Part shown: positions 28,751 to 42,654 of the stretch, piece after piece
Numbering within the stretch: position 1 is the stretch's first letter
How the letters are laid out: the number at the start of each line of letters is the position of its first letter
Origin: Dicyema japonicum
Taxonomy: Eukaryota; Animalia; Dicyemida
Direction: 5' to 3'
Length of the DNA: 64,000 bases
Assembly: GCA_011109175.1 (NCBI GenBank)
Contig: RDEW01000021.1
Coordinates: 920,513-984,512, forward strand
Notes under the pieces: model-generated
The model's database searches: none
Told to the model about the DNA's origin: nothing
The model's input: the letters and a program-made list of their open reading frames with translations, nothing else
Translations under genes and position numbers: made by a program

Positions 28751-29194
28751 TGTTCCACTTATTTATTTGACCACTAGAAATAGTTAACGCAGATCTAAAT
28801 TTATTATTTTGTTCCACTAGAAATAGTTAACTCAGTATTTGAATTTATTATTTTTAAAAATGATTTTAATAAATTTACAAATTAACTTAAAGTTCTGGTA
28901 ACCAATCTTAGAAATGGAATCTTTTTAACTTATTTTTTTCTTTTTGTTGCGTGTGAGTCCTTGTAGACGACCTAGTGGAATATTCACTGATTACTAGTCA
29001 TACCCAAAGCATGATTGAACCTTCATCCGGAACGAGAAGCAGATTCGATCCCGGAATCATAAGGATTTTGTCCAGAATTTATAAATTCACCATTCCGGCT
29101 TTTTATCTAAAATTTCCTAAGCATAGAACTTAGGCACGTTTGTCTACAATAATGCTCTCGCAAACTATCCTCTCTGCATAGTTTAAACCTGTTA

Positions 29195-30524
29195 CACTCA
29201 ATCCCATAAATGATGACCCAATTCCCATAAATGTTGACCCAATTCCATTAATGTTGACCCAATTCCTATTAATGTTGACCCAATTCCCATTAATGTTGAC
29301 CCAATTCCCATTAATGTTGACCCAATTCCATAAATGATGTCCAAGTTATATAAATAATACACGAATAAATCTATATTTTAATTTCCCCTATTATGGTATC
29401 AACTAATACAGATATGAAAAGTCGCAAGGTTTTTATAAACGAAAGTCTATTTAATCAAATTAAAAGACTTTACAAAGTTAAAACAAAAGAAGAGTTGATT
29501 GAGAACACCTCGATCAGTAAAAAGAGTTTGAACAGGTGTATACAAAAGATCGAAAGCTGTGAACTCGAGGATCCTACTTTCGGTGATCTTTACAAGACAG
29601 TAGGCCGAAAAAAGAAAGATAAAGAAATGTTGAATGTCGAAATGAGATCTATTTTTGGAAATGACAACTCGCTGACACAAGTTGGTCTTCAAGAAAAACT
29701 TTCAGTGAATCTTTCTAAGTCTCAAATTTCAAGAGATTTAAAGGAGGCCTGCATCACAAGAAAAAGACTCAAGAAAAGGTCCGAAGTTAGATTGAGTACA
29801 GAAAATTTGGCAGAAAGGGAAGTATTTTCATCAAGAATGTTAGGGTCTATAAATAGGCCGTTATTATTTTTGGATGAAACCGGGTTTAATTTGCATACAT
29901 CAATTAATTATGGGTATTCTCCAATTAATACTGAAGCAGTTTTATACCAGCCTAAGTCCAAAGGGAGAAACATCTCAATGTGTTCGGTTATTTCCATAAA
30001 TGGAAATGAGCATAATATGATATTGGAGGGGTCTTTTAATCGGGAATCATTTTTAACCTTTCTAAATCAATGTGATGAAAAGGGGATATTTACAAATTCT
30101 CCTGTTGTTGTGATGGATAATGTTAGATTTCATCATTGTGATGAAATTAAAGACTTCTTTATTAGGAAAAGTGTTACAACAGTTTATTTACCCCCTTATT
30201 CACCTGACCTAAACCCAATTGAAAACTTTTTTTCTTGTGTTAAATCTTGCCTAAATGTAATTAGACCAAGAGCAACTGTAAGAGGAGAATTGCTAACAAA
30301 TATCGAATTTGTTATGAGTGGTCTCGAAACCGAGATTTGTCCTCATATTACAACAGTTTTTGGGAAAGGGTACATGGAATTAATAACAGATTAATTGAAT
30401 AAAATACTTTTTTCCTAAATTATTTATTAGTATAACTTGGACATCATATGGGAATTGGGTCATCATTTATGGGAATTGGGTCATCATTTATGGGAATTGG
30501 GTCAACATTTATGGGATTAGAGTG
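29195..30524 (+). mobile_element. Tc1/IS630-superfamily DNA transposon
   Basis: TA duplication at 29193-94 and 30525-26; termini CACTC(T)AATCCCATAAATG; ~21-bp subterminal tandem repeats GACCCAATTCCCATAAATGTT. Confidence 0.95.
29393..30394 (+). CDS. DD34E transposase
   Basis: LFLDETGF, VVVMDNVRFH and LPPYSPDLNPIE, with 34 residues between the second D and E. The extreme C-terminus may be frameshifted. Confidence 0.93.
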   Translation: MVSTNTDMKSRKVFINESLFNQIKRLYKVKTKEELIENTSISKKSLNRCIQKIESCELEDPTFGDLYKTVGRKKKDKEMLNVEMRSIFGNDNSLTQVGLQEKLSVNLSKSQISRDLKEACITRKRLKKRSEVRLSTENLAEREVFSSRMLGSINRPLLFLDETGFNLHTSINYGYSPINTEAVLYQPKSKGRNISMCSVISINGNEHNMILEGSFNRESFLTFLNQCDEKGIFTNSPVVVMDNVRFHHCDEIKDFFIRKSVTTVYLPPYSPDLNPIENFFSCVKSCLNVIRPRATVRGELLTNIEFVMSGLETEICPHITTVFGKGYMELITD

Positions 30525-30884
30525 TATCGTCCTATTTTATGGATTTTCTGTTATTTGAAGAATATTTTATTCTGTAAAATACAAATGGTCAAATGTGAAT
30601 TAAAAACCCGAATGTTTTCCACGTGGTTTTATTAGCAAAAATATACATTCCATGATTTCTGTTTTTAATTCCATTTCAGTTCAGAAAATCACTTGATCGG
30701 TTATTTAATTATTACTTAGAGACATTTGATGGAGTCGATGGATTTATCTACATTTTTAGGTTCCTTAAATGTCTCTTATTAATTGTTGGGAAACTTATCT
30801 TTACACAAATTTTTAAATCGAACCTGCCTGAGGAGACTGGTGATCAAGTAGCCTATGAAGTTGTTAAAATATTTACTTTTTTGT

Positions 30885-31290
30885 TGGTTAAGTTAGTTAG
30901 TTAGTTTAAAGCTCCTTCGCGTAGCCCTAAAAGGGTTTCGCTTGAGCCACGCTTTACAGTCATCCTCTTCGCCATCCTCGCCCACGCCATCTTGTTTTTG
31001 GACCTCATTCGAACATCATCCAGGTTATCTGCTATCACCAATTTACGACCGATTGTCTCGTAATCATCTTTTAAGCAAATTGGAAATGTATTTCTTGGTC
31101 TGCCTCGAAATCCGTGACTTTCGGCGCAGTAGAAGTATTCTTCCATTATTCTGTTACACGGCGTAGTCGGGTCCGACAAATATCCTCAGCGTCACCTAGT
31201 AGTGAGCCGAGTTTTTTTGTATGTCTCCAGAGTTCGTCATTTCTCGACTTGGCTCGTTCAGTTCCTGTAGAATACCCATGAGTTTTTNGT
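30885..31290 (-). mobile_element. RTE-like LINE 3' end with (TAAC)n tail; duplicate at 31905-32310
   Basis: SDPTTPCNRIMEEYF..GFRGRPRNTFPICL..KMAW; plus strand shows GTTAGTTAGTTAG. Confidence 0.75.
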
Positions 31291-33009
31291 AGACGACCTA
31301 GTGGAATATTCACTGAATACTAGTCATACCCAAAGCATGATTGAATTTTCATCCGGAACGAGAAGCAGATTCGATCCCGGAATCATCAGGATTTTGTCCA
31401 GAATTTATAAATTCACCATTCCGGTTTTTTATCTAAAGTTTCCTAAGCATAGAACTTAGGCACGTTTGTCTACAATAATACTCTCCCAAAACTATCCTCT
31501 CTGCATAGTTTAAACCTGTTATCGTTCTATTTTATAAATTTTTTGTTATTTGAAGAATATTTTATTCTGTAAAATACAAATGGTAAAATGTATAACATTA
31601 GAGTATCATGAATTGAAAACCCGAATGTTTTCCACGTAGTTTTATTAGCAAAAATATACTTTCCACGTGATTTCTGTCTTTTAATTCTACTTCAGTTCAG
31701 AAAATCACTTGATCGGTTATTTAATTATGTACTTAGAGACATTTGATGGAGTCGATGGATCTACAGTTATCTACATTTTTAGGTTCCTTAAATGTCTCTT
31801 ATTAATTGTTGGGAAACTTATCTTTACACAAATTTTTAAATCGAACCTGCCTGAGGAGACTGGTGATCAAGTAGCCTAGGAAGTTGTTAAAATATTTACT
31901 TTTTTGTTGGTTAAGTTAGTTAGTTAGTTTAAAGCTCCTTCGCGTAGCCCTAAAAGGGTTTCGCTTGAGCCACGCTTTACAGTCATCCTCTTCGCCATCC
32001 TCGCCCACGCCATCTTGTTTTTGGACCTCATTCGAACATCATCCCAGTCTTCTGCTATCACCAATTTACGATTGTCTCGTAATCATCTTTTAAGCAAATT
32101 GGAAATGTATTTCTTGGTCTGCCTCGAAATCCGTGACTTTCGGCGCAGTAGAAGTATTCTTCCATTATTCTGTTACACGGCGTAGTCGGGTCCGACAAAT
32201 ATCCTCAGCGTCACCTAGTAGTGAGCCGAGTTTTTTTGTATGTCTCCAGAGTTCGTCATTTCTCGACTTGGCTCGTTCAGTTCCTGTAGAATACCCATGA
32301 GTTTTTTCTCTGTTGATGCTGTCAAAAGCCTTCGTTAGATAGAATGTAAATGACTTTCTTGTAATTTTGACATATTATGTAAGCCATCGATGACTCCACA
32401 CGATATCTGAGGTAGACATTCCACTTCTAGACCCACTTTGACTTTGGGAGAGGTATTTTTCCACTGGTTAAGCACTATGATCGATAATGTCTTCCTGATA
32501 GCTGATAGGCCTTAATCCATCTAGCGATCCCTCTATTTTACCAGGTTTGTGTATCGGAATTAAGACTCCATGTCCTAATGGAAGTGAACAGTGAAGTTCC
32601 ATCGACTCGTTTAATATATCCGTGATTATATTCCCAACAATAACCGGAGCATGTTTTAGTAACTCGCCGGGATGCCATCATAAACAGCTGAACGATTGCC
32701 TTTTAGGTGTATGAATGCGTTTGTTACTTTTTTATTATAATTTTGTTTGCAAGAGGTCTTGGGATTTCCAATAAATTTAGGTATATTCACCCCAACTGAA
32801 TTAAACTGCCTCGAAGTGTTTGGCAATATGGTTTGCTTTATCCTTTGGGTTTTGTAAATAATGATTCGCGTTGTCGCAGATTTTCAGCGGCTTTTTCGCA
32901 GTTCCTGTGTTTTTTGGTTAAATATAATTTATTTAAAAAATTTGATATTTATACCCTCGGTCAAATCTTTACATTATATTGTTTTTATTTAATCTTGCCT
33001 TTGGTCCTG

Positions 33010-33255
33010 AATTTTTTTATTTATTAACCCGGATACAGAAAGAAGTTAAGTAAACAACTAATTAAGTGTATCCAGTTTCCACTTCTACAGAAACAGAGTC
33101 CATCCGGAATCAGCATAAAAGGTAAGACGTTAATTACAGGCAGTTGTGGAAACCCCTCCAGTGGAGTGAGGAAGAGCAAATGATCCTTTTTTCATGCCGG
33201 CCTGGCACTGGGCGTCACCTAGACAGGTGGATCACATGACGCCACTCTCCTGAAT
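33010..33255 (-). mobile_element. SINE-like family X
   Basis: Reverse complement of the core at 33181-33243 plus the shared tail ending in an AATAAATAAAAA run. Confidence 0.8.
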
Positions 33256-33714
33256 GAGAAAACATGTGACATAAATGAGACCCATTCAAGATATCCATGA
33301 TGGACATAAATTTCCAATGGGTAATTAAGGCTGTGTTTCCACTGATCTCCCCAAAGTGTTTCCACTGATCTTTGAGAATGATCTTTGATTATTAATATTA
33401 TTTATAGTCCCAGGATTAATGGGTTAAAAGAGAAAAGAATGCCCTAAGCTAACTAAGTGATCCCAGACCAACAAGATGGAAGCCAAAATCAACGGGGTCG
33501 AGCATCTTGAACTACTCTCCATATCTCGGGTGGTTTATGTTGTATTGGATAAGGATGTCGTAGATGGGGCCGCTTGATAGGTTTGCCGCATGCAAAAATT
33601 TTTGTTGCTTAGAGATTCATAGACTAGATGACATTGTTAACGGTATCCTGGACTGTGAACAACTTATGAGGGAAAGAACTGGAAATGTCCATTGACGACA
33701 ATGCACTTGCGTAG

Positions 33715-34030
33715 GCAAATATTAATAATACTGCACTTTTCTAGACTCATATTAACCCATCGCTCCTCCCAGGAAGAACACACACTTTATTTTATGTAAA
33801 GAACAGTTATCACAACTAATCGATGAGGGAGAACAAGGAATGCTCTCCACTTCTTTTGTTCTTTTTGTTGGGTGTGAGTGAGTCCTTTTGTAGACGATTT
33901 GATTCCGCAGTGAGATGTTCACTGATGACGGCGTCACTCGTCAAACCAGAGAATCGTAGATGTGCGGAACCTTCGGCTGGAATGTATAACAGCGAGATTC
34001 GAATTAGGGGCCATCATATTTCTGGAGAGG
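33715..34030 (-). mobile_element. SINE S1
   Basis: Reverse complement has B-box-like ATTCGAATC and the S1 body and tail. Confidence 0.7.
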
Positions 34031-34774
34031 ATTCCGATTCTATTGTCTTTAATTATTGCCTCATCATATTAGAGACTCCAAGATCATTCCAGAAACTTGG
34101 GAGTTGTGCGAGACTTAAAACGAGGCCAGTTGTAAATTGGATTTATAGAAGAGGTAATTTTATTGTTAACTGGGGCTCCTAAATTTCTGAGTCAGATTCC
34201 TTTTAATTATCAGAAGCTCATAGAAGCATTCTTGCAACTAATTTCGATGAGGACCCAAATTCACGCTATTAATTTCGTGTCATTATAAGATTTTTCTCCG
34301 CAGTCCTACAAGCTGGCCGATCAGCCTGATAAACTTTGCCTTACTGGGCCAAAGTATTTTGAATAATATGTTTGTTTATCTCGGAAGCAGATCACTGACC
34401 CTGCTGAACTGTATCAGATCGCCTCTCGCAAGGAAGAGGAAAGATATTGGGGAAAGGATCTGGCTTATTGAGTCCATTTCCTTAAAAATCGTCATGGTAG
34501 ATAAGTTTTCAATTCTGAAAGCTCCCAACCTTGACTGAAAAAAGCTTCTATTAGTTGTTAAAGGTCTGTATTGTTAAAATAAAACAATTTTCTTTATCAA
34601 AGTTTATTTAATTATAATGCAGCTTAGCGCAGTATTAAGTGAGTTATTGAAACTCTCGAAAAAAAGAGAAATTTTAATAAAAATAATGTTAAAAATTACA
34701 TAATTATGTTTTATAATAAATAAAAAAATTATTTGATCGATTTATAAATTTTTTGATGGTTATATTATTCACTT

Positions 34775-35105
34775 TTAGTTGCGTAGCGCCATATGGTGCT
34801 TCGTGGCTACTTGGTTGAAGTTTCTGCTTTGTTCGTCTGTTCCTCCTCTCTCTTCCTATTAGAGTGGCGTCATGTAATCCACCTGTCCAGGTGGCGCCCA
34901 GTGCTTGGCTGGCACGAAAAAGGATCATTTGCTTTCCCCCAATCCACTGGAGGGGTTTCCACAACTGCAACTATGGACATCTTTTACCATTTATCTGATT
35001 CCGGATGGAATCTGTTCCTTTAGAAGTAGAAACTGGATGCACTTAATTAGTTGTTTACTTTAACTTTTTCTCGGTGTATTCTGGGTTAATAAATAAATAA
35101 AATAA
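34775..35105 (+). mobile_element. SINE-like family X, fullest copy
   Basis: Head, core 34866-34927, ATCCACTGGAGGG motif, tail and A-rich end. Confidence 0.8.
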
Positions 35106-35114
35106 GAAATAAAT

Positions 35115-35360
35115 TATAAGTTGCCTGTGGCAACTAACTAATCCAAGGAAAGAACCTAGGGATAACATCTGCTTGTGCCGACCAAATCCATCCTCCAATA
35201 GTTCCTTACAAGCTTCCGCTTCAGAAGAGAAGTGGAGAGGTAGGTTCGCTTTTTTCCATTTTCATCAAACGTTCTATCGTCACGGACGTCACTTCATTCT
35301 TCGGCAAAAGGGTTTTTATAATGGCAATTTCCATCAGTGGATTTGGTCAGGGGAAAATAG
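35115..35360 (-). mobile_element. Dispersed repeat family Y (also 41340-41560, 41720-41890, 57465-57735 on +)
   Basis: GAATGAAGTGA(T/C)GTCCG..GGATGGATTT.GT.GG.ACAA.CAGA..TTCCTTGGATTA shared among copies; A/T-rich tail. Confidence 0.7.
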
Positions 35361-36820
35361 GAGGATATCTAGGATTCGAAAAAAGTGACCCTTGTGGTTG
35401 ATCAGGAATTTCACATTACAAAAGTGTCGATGATTATAAACCCACAACCACAATGTACTCGATTAGTCATGAAAACCACAATGTACTCGCTTGCATCTCT
35501 CATGGACAAGTAAGATGATCAGGGGGAGAGAAATAATCTGTATAGAAAAAGTGGAAGTATTATGAGACATTAAGTCAATAAGTTGAAATATAGTTGGCTG
35601 TGAGAGGACCGAACAGCGGAGCTATGGTGAACACAGCCAAGTAAACTGCATGGCATTTTTAGAAAAAAATTTTCGGTTTCTATTTATAAAGTAGTGACCC
35701 CCACTTTCTCCTTAAAATTTACCATATCAATTCAGTTCTTAATGAAGAAATCAAGGAGTTTTATTCTCGTTGGATAGCCAAGAATTATATGAAAATAGCA
35801 CAAGATGTCTAGTTTGGAAGTCTGGAGTCAAATAAGAGGAGGGAGAGGACCGTGATGAAATGGTCCTATGTCATAGTTGCTTGAATAGAAAACTTTTTTA
35901 TAAAATATTTTAGTCAATGGTTGAATATATTTGGTTGAATAATAATGAATAATATTTTAGATATCACCCCCAACAAGTAAGCTCATAAAGCGGTGGTATA
36001 GTAATCAAAGAGAATGATCTACCTGACTTTAGTAATATTGAAATTCTTTTGGATGCTAATGTATATTATTTTGCAAAACTTAACTAAAAGAGTTTTCTCC
36101 TCGTCGCTTCTGAAACACCGCGGACAATCTTCCATGTTAGATTCCTCCACACTCTCATTGAAAAGGTGATTTTTCGAAGGCCATCTAGGTAGTTAGCATT
36201 TTAGAGTTTCTTTTTTACAGTTACAAGATTTTTGTGAATTGCAATAGAGAGAGAGTAGCGTGGACGTCCGCGGTATCCACAACTGCTCTGTAAGTAAGCT
36301 TCCATATACTTTTTGAAAATTTATAAAGTCAACTAATTCCTACTTTAAAGGTTGTAGTTTGTATTTATAACAAAATGTGCAAATAGACCCGAATTTTGTG
36401 GATATGTTTGGTTTAATTTCTGACAAACACATGACGAGGAAGCAATGTAGAGAAGGAAGAAACATTCCTTATTAATAAGTTTAGAAAGGATTTTTATTGT
36501 AAATTAAACTGTTTCCTTATATTCTGATAATATACTAACAAAATCAAACGATCGGCTTTGTTGTCCCTTTTATACGACCTAAGATGGGCTATTTCTTCTC
36601 TTTCTCCGGTCCACCTTCGAGTTCTTTTTTAATCTTACAATAATAATTTTATTAAGAACTTAAAAGATAATTATATTAGGATGAACAATAGAAAATTAAA
36701 AAAATTATAAAAATTCGACGGAACCGTTAAATAAAATTATCCAAATTTAATAATTTCATAAATTATTTTTTAATTAAAATAAAATAAATTTAAATATATT
36801 ACCATCATAAATTTTGTGCT

Positions 36821-39800
36821 ATGTCAGGTGTTATTGACAGTAATGAAAGTAAGGCTTTAAACATAAAAAAATATAAAATTAACACAAATAAATACCTTAT
36901 TTTTAGATATTGAAAAGAAGGTTAAAGAAATTCAAAATAATAGAGCTAAAATTAACAATGAGAAGCAACGTATGGAATCACTCGTGGGAAATTCGTCTAA
37001 CTACGATGATGACATTTATAAGCAGTCTGCGAGTGAGTATGTAACCTCAATCCCTCCTATTGACAGAATGGATGTTGAAATATTGCATAATCCTTAGGGA
37101 AACCAAATAATAAGCAGGGATCTTAATAATCTTCACAATACGGATAATACCGAAGATCCTTTTGCTGAATATCGTGTCCCAACCATAGCAGACAGGGAAG
37201 ATGAATATCACTCACGTTTTCGTAAGAGAGGGATATCCCCAGAAGAGGCAGGACCCATTCACATATGGTGGTGATACACCTGTCTTCTCAAAAGTTATGA
37301 AAGAACGTGATTTGGACGAAACTCGAGTAATTTAAAGATCATTTATAGAAAGGAAGATTATATTAAGCAACTAAGTGGGAATTCTGGAGGAGTTAAGCGT
37401 AAATGGACTGAAGAAGAGACTCCCTTAAAGCAGGATTGGGATCAAACACCATTATATGTGAAAAAGGAAGCCACTCCCGTCAGAGATTTTGAAACCACCC
37501 CTAAAAGAGCAATTGATATTGGTGGTAGACGAAACAGATGGGACTCGACAGCAGTAGAATCAGTTGAAGAACCAACTCCAGGTGCTGGGTTGAGAAGATC
37601 TCGTTGGGATTTAACTCCCGCCAATATATCTACCCCAGTGACTCCAAAATACGAGTCTCAAGATGACGACTATGACTTTTCTATATCCAATTCTGAGGTT
37701 AAAACGCCTTTAAATATGGATGCTCCCACACCAATGGGAGAGTTCGCATCTGAAATGATGACTCCGACGCCAAGTTAGTCTATACATACTATTTTAGGTC
37801 GTGTCATTCAAATGACTCCCGAACAGATTGTTGCCTACAGTCTGCAGAGAGAACTAGATGCTAGAAATAGACCAATGACTGATGAGGAACTAGATTCCCT
37901 CCTCCCTGCTGGATACAAAGTACTTAAACCCCCAGCATCATATGTCCCTATAAGGACACCAGCTAGGAAAATCACATCGACGCCTACACCAATTACAGCT
38001 GATAATTTCTTTTTGCAAAAGCCTGAGGACAAAATTGAAGTTCCAAATTATCAGCCTGATGGTGACCTCCCAGTTTTAAAGCCGGATGATCTTCAATATT
38101 TTAAAAAATTGATGGTTTGACGTTTTAATTATGGTAGGATAACGTTGATGAGAATCAATTGGATTCTAATGAGAAGAAAGAACGGGAAATAATGGCATTT
38201 TTATTGAAAATAAAAAATGGTACCCCACTTATGCGAAAATCTTCCCTTCGACAAATTACAGAAAAGGCTCGTTACTATGGTGCTGGGGCCTTGTTTGGTC
38301 AAATTCTGCCTCTCTTAATGTCCCCAACTTTGGAGGATCAAGAACGACATTTACTAGTGAAAACAATTGACAGGATTTTGTATAAACTGGATGATTTGGT
38401 GAGACCTTATGTGCATAAAATACTTGTCGTTATTGAACCAATGTTGATTGACGAAGATTATTATGCCAGAGTTGAGGCAAGGGAGATTATTTCCAACTTG
38501 GCTAAGGTATGTTTTATAATTATATTAGGCTGCTGGTTTGGCCACAATGATATCTACATTGAGACCAGATATTGATAATATTGATGAATATGTTAGGAAT
38601 ACTACAGCTCGAGCTTTTGCAGTTGTTGCCTCTGCCCTTGGTATACCATCACTTTTGCCCTTCTTGAAGGCTGTCTGTCGGAGTAGAAAGTCATGGCAGG
38701 CTAGACATACTGGAGTAAAGATAATTCAACAGATTGCAGTATTAATGGGATGCGCAATTCTCCCCCATTTAAAAGGAATGGTTGAAATTATTGAGAAGGG
38801 TAGATATTTAATGGTAATTGGGTAGGTTTGGAAGATGATGAACAAAAAGTGCGTAGTATAACAGCAATGGCTATAGCGGCTATGGCTGAGGCATCAACTC
38901 CATATGGTATTGAATCATTTGTTTCAGTATTAAAGCCATTGTGGAAGGGTATAAAGCAACATAGAGGAAAGGTATCAATATTATGAATATTTTAGGGATT
39001 GGCTGCTTTTCTAAAGGCTGTGGGTTGTCTCATTCCCCTAATTCAGGCACAACATGTAAATTTATATATTCGAGAAGTTATGATAGTACTAATTCGTGAA
39101 TTTAATTCAGCTGATGATGATATGAAAAAGACAGTACTTAAAGTAACATTATATCAATATTTGAGGTTGTTAAACAGTGTTGTGCTACTGATGGGATTGA
39201 AGTTAGTTATATTAAGAGTGAAATACTTACTCCGTATTTTAGAAATTTTTGGAATCAGAGAATGTCAATGGATAAACGTAATTATCAACAAGTAATTTAT
39301 TAGTATTTACTATCAGGTTGTGGATACTACGGTTGAGATTGCTGGGAAAGTTGGGGGAGCAAATATTATTTGGAGAATTGTCGATGGATTGAAAGCTGAT
39401 TCTGAACAATTTAGAAAAATGTCGATTGAGACGATTGAGCACGTTTTAATAAATTTGGGTTCTGCTGATATTAATTCTAAATTGGAAGAGTATTGATTGA
39501 TGGTATTCTCTATGCTTATCAGGAGCAGACAAGTGATGTATTATATCATAGTTATAATATAGGATAATGTTGTTCTAAATGGGTTTGGGGCTGTCGTTAA
39601 TGCTTTGGGAGAGAGGGTAAAGCCTTATCTCCCCCAAACGTCCGGGACAATCCTTTGGCGATTGAATAGTAAAAGTGCTAAGGTCAGACAGCAAGCGGCC
39701 GATTTAATAACAAGAGTGGCTCCCGTGATGAAGCTTTGTCATGAAGACAAACAAATGAGTCACCTATCTGTCGTGCTTTATGAATATTTGGGAGAGGAGT

Positions 39801-40856
39801 ATCCTGATGTTCTTGGTAGTATTCTTGCGGGACTTAAAAGTATTGTTAACGTGGTCGGAATGACAAAGATTAATCCACCAATTAAGGATCTTCTTCCTAG
39901 ATTAACTCCAATACTAAAGAATAGGTAATATTTATGGTTGACTGTTAGAAATGAAAAAGTACAGGAGAATTGTATTGATTTGATTGGTCGTATAGCTGAT
40001 AGAGGCGCAGAGTTTGTTTCTCCCAGGGAATGGATGAGAATTTGCTTTGAATTGCTTGATTTATTGAAAGCTCATAAAAAATCAATTCGTAGAGCAGCAG
40101 TTAATACTTTTGGCTATATTGCTAAGGCTATTGGGTATCATTATGAATTATAACATAGTCCTCACGATGTTCTAGCAACATTATTGAATAATTTGAAAGT
40201 TCAGGAACGACAAAATAGAGTGTGCACTACAGTAGCTATTGCCATTGTCGCTGAGACATGCTCTCCCTTTACTGTCCTTCCATCATTGATGAATGAGTAC
40301 AGAGTTCCTGAATTGAATGTTCAGAATGGTGTTTTGAAAGCAATGAGTTTTATGTTCGAATATATTGGGGAAATGGCTAAGGATTATATTTATGCTGTTA
40401 TGACTTTATTACAAGATGCCTTAATGGATCGGTATTTTTTGGTTTTCATGTGATAGTGATCTTGTTCACAGACAGACAGCCATGTCGGCTATAGGACATA
40501 TGGCTATCGGTGTTTATGGGTTTGGCTGTGAGGATGCATTGATGCATTTAATTAACTACACATGGCCTAATATATTGGAAACCTCACCCCACGTGGTACA
40601 GGCTTTTATGTGTGCTTTGGAAGGATTCAGAATTGGACTTGGACCAATTCCAATTATGCAATATTGTATTCAGGTTTTTATTATGTTTTTATTTTAGGGA
40701 TTGTTTCACCCTGCTCGTCGTGTCAGGGATGTTAGTTGGAGGGCATATAATACTGTTTATATTGGTAATCAGGATGCATTAACTCTGGCCTACCCACGTA
40801 TTCCTGATGAAGGACGTAATCATTTTGTGAGATATGAACTGGACTATATTATTTAA
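36821..40856 (+). CDS. SF3B1: Splicing factor 3B subunit 1, many miniature introns, two apparent single-base frameshifts (~37250, ~39491)
   Basis: [18 protein letters not shown]; [11 protein letters not shown]; [40 protein letters not shown]; HEAT repeats to [19 protein letters not shown]. Confidence 0.97.
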
Positions 40857-42654
40857 CTTTTTCACCCTAAAGTAGTCTTTGATTTTTATGTTTGCTTAAT
40901 AAGCCATCATATTCAAGGACACATTTCATAATAGCTCCACTTGTCTCGAAGTAACTGCATGGAATGTAAAGAGGTCGAGAAGTCATTAATATTTATTTAC
41001 TTTAGTCTTCTAGTACCTTTATCGCTCCTGATAATATTAGTAGAAGATAGGGAGTCGATATATGTGGCTACTCTTCTTCGAATAGAAAGAGTGTAATTCT
41101 GTCGAGCTTCTCTGTCTCCTTAATTCAGGTAAACGATTTCCAATTTGAAGGAATCAGGCAGACTTTAGTGGATCTCATCATTTCGTGAATTTTCTTCAGC
41201 ATGAAAGAGCATAGCTTCCATAGGTATCGATGGTTCTACTACATCGGTTATCAAAGCCCACAAACAAATTAAACAGTGGAACATCCGTTTCCTTTTGTTA
41301 GCTGTTTCACTTTCTTTGTGGGTCTCTTCTTTTTTGGCTGGTTTCGATATTCCGCTAAAGAATGAAGTGATGTCCGAGACGGTAGTACGTGGGACAAAAA
41401 TGGAAAAGGGAGGATTTACTTTTCCACCTCTCTTCGGAAGTGGAAGCCTGTAATGAAGTATTAGAAGATGGATTTGGTAGGCACAAACAGATGTTCTCCC
41501 TTTGGTTCCTTCCTTGGATTAGTTAGTTATGACTGTTTGTGCTGGGTTTACAATGATAAGCCTGGGGTTAATAATAAGAAACAGGCAAAACTAATGAAGA
41601 ATCCTTTGAGCTTCTTATCCATTAATCTAAGATTTCCGCTACCAAAAATATGTTAGCAGCAAAAATCAATTCTCGTCAAGCAAATCCTACCCGTGAGGCG
41701 ACGAGTCTTTTAGGCACGGCACACTAGTTGAGCAGATTTTCTGGTGAAGTAATCTTCACCAAAGGATTATGAAAACTCTTTGACGAAGAATGAGGTGATG
41801 TCCGCGACGGTAGGATTTTTGATGAAATGGAAGAGGGCGAACTTACTTCTCCACCTCTTGCAAAAGATTGTAAGCCTATGGAAATAAATAAAAGGATTCG
41901 TCAAAAAGAATAGAATTCATTAAAATTTTATGATAATTGTGATTATTTTGTAATTTTATTCCAAACATAGGCACCTTGTCTCTAAAAGTAAGTAACAATT
42001 AGACCTTTCCTTTACACGGGTAATTCTCTTCCTTGCGACAATTATAGATTGAATCATAGCAGATTTGTTCCACCAGGGTAGAATTAGGAGATTGGGCTTC
42101 AATAAGATTCACAGGAACTAAGAAGAAATACAACAGCAGACCTATCCCTGGTGTATGTTGTTTCATTATCTCAGAGTAATTTTCATTATTTTTAAGCTTA
42201 TGGCGTTTATAGTCATTTTTGCTAGTACTTAATGATTTGGCGGTATTTTTGACGGAATTGTCGTGTTTGCTGAATTAACTCGAATAAAATACAAGCTTTT
42301 CTCAGATTCGATTGCTTTGAAAACGGGTTCGTTCAGAGTTCTGGCGTTTTCTCTCAAGACGGACCAACTGTGTGGATGGGGGGCGTTTCTCCTATCATCT
42401 GGTGTTAACACTATGGAAGTTATTTCTTCTTTTTCTTGAAGTTTCGAAAAATTTGATTGTTTCTGTGTTGAATATGCGGAATGTATCGACACTTAATATA
42501 ATCATTTTTTTACTTTTGCAGAACTTTCTTTCTGGATTGCATAACAGGAACATAAAAGAAATCCATGGAAATGAATATTTATTAATAATTAATATTTTTT
42601 AAATATTTTTTAAGTTTATTTTTTTAAACAAGATAATTTATTTTTTAAATTATA

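Larger units (their letters stand above)
28960..32310. repeat. ~1-kb duplication (28960-31287 with transposon, 31289-32310 without), joined at a single N
   Basis: 28960-29194 matches 31289-31520 and 30525-31287 matches 31520-32310. Confidence 0.9.

Noticed and set aside
29195-29340. 21-bp tandem repeats as a CRISPR array
   Set aside because: No unique spacers, eukaryotic context, and they are mirrored at the other end of a TA-flanked transposon.
33920-33950. CTGATGA in the S1 SINE (reverse TCATCAG in other copies) as a hammerhead ribozyme core
   Set aside because: It is followed by a hairpin and TCAAA, not the required GAAA, and no three-way junction can be drawn.
35700-36640. Possible gene divergent from SF3B1, and similar short ORF clusters at 41900-42560, 54365-54649 and 60207-60482
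   Set aside because: No consistent spliced frame or recognisable domain could be assembled by eye.
37221-37242. GTAAG..CCCCAG as an intron fixing the SF3B1 frameshift
   Set aside because: It is 21 nt (frame-neutral) and would delete conserved ISPE residues.
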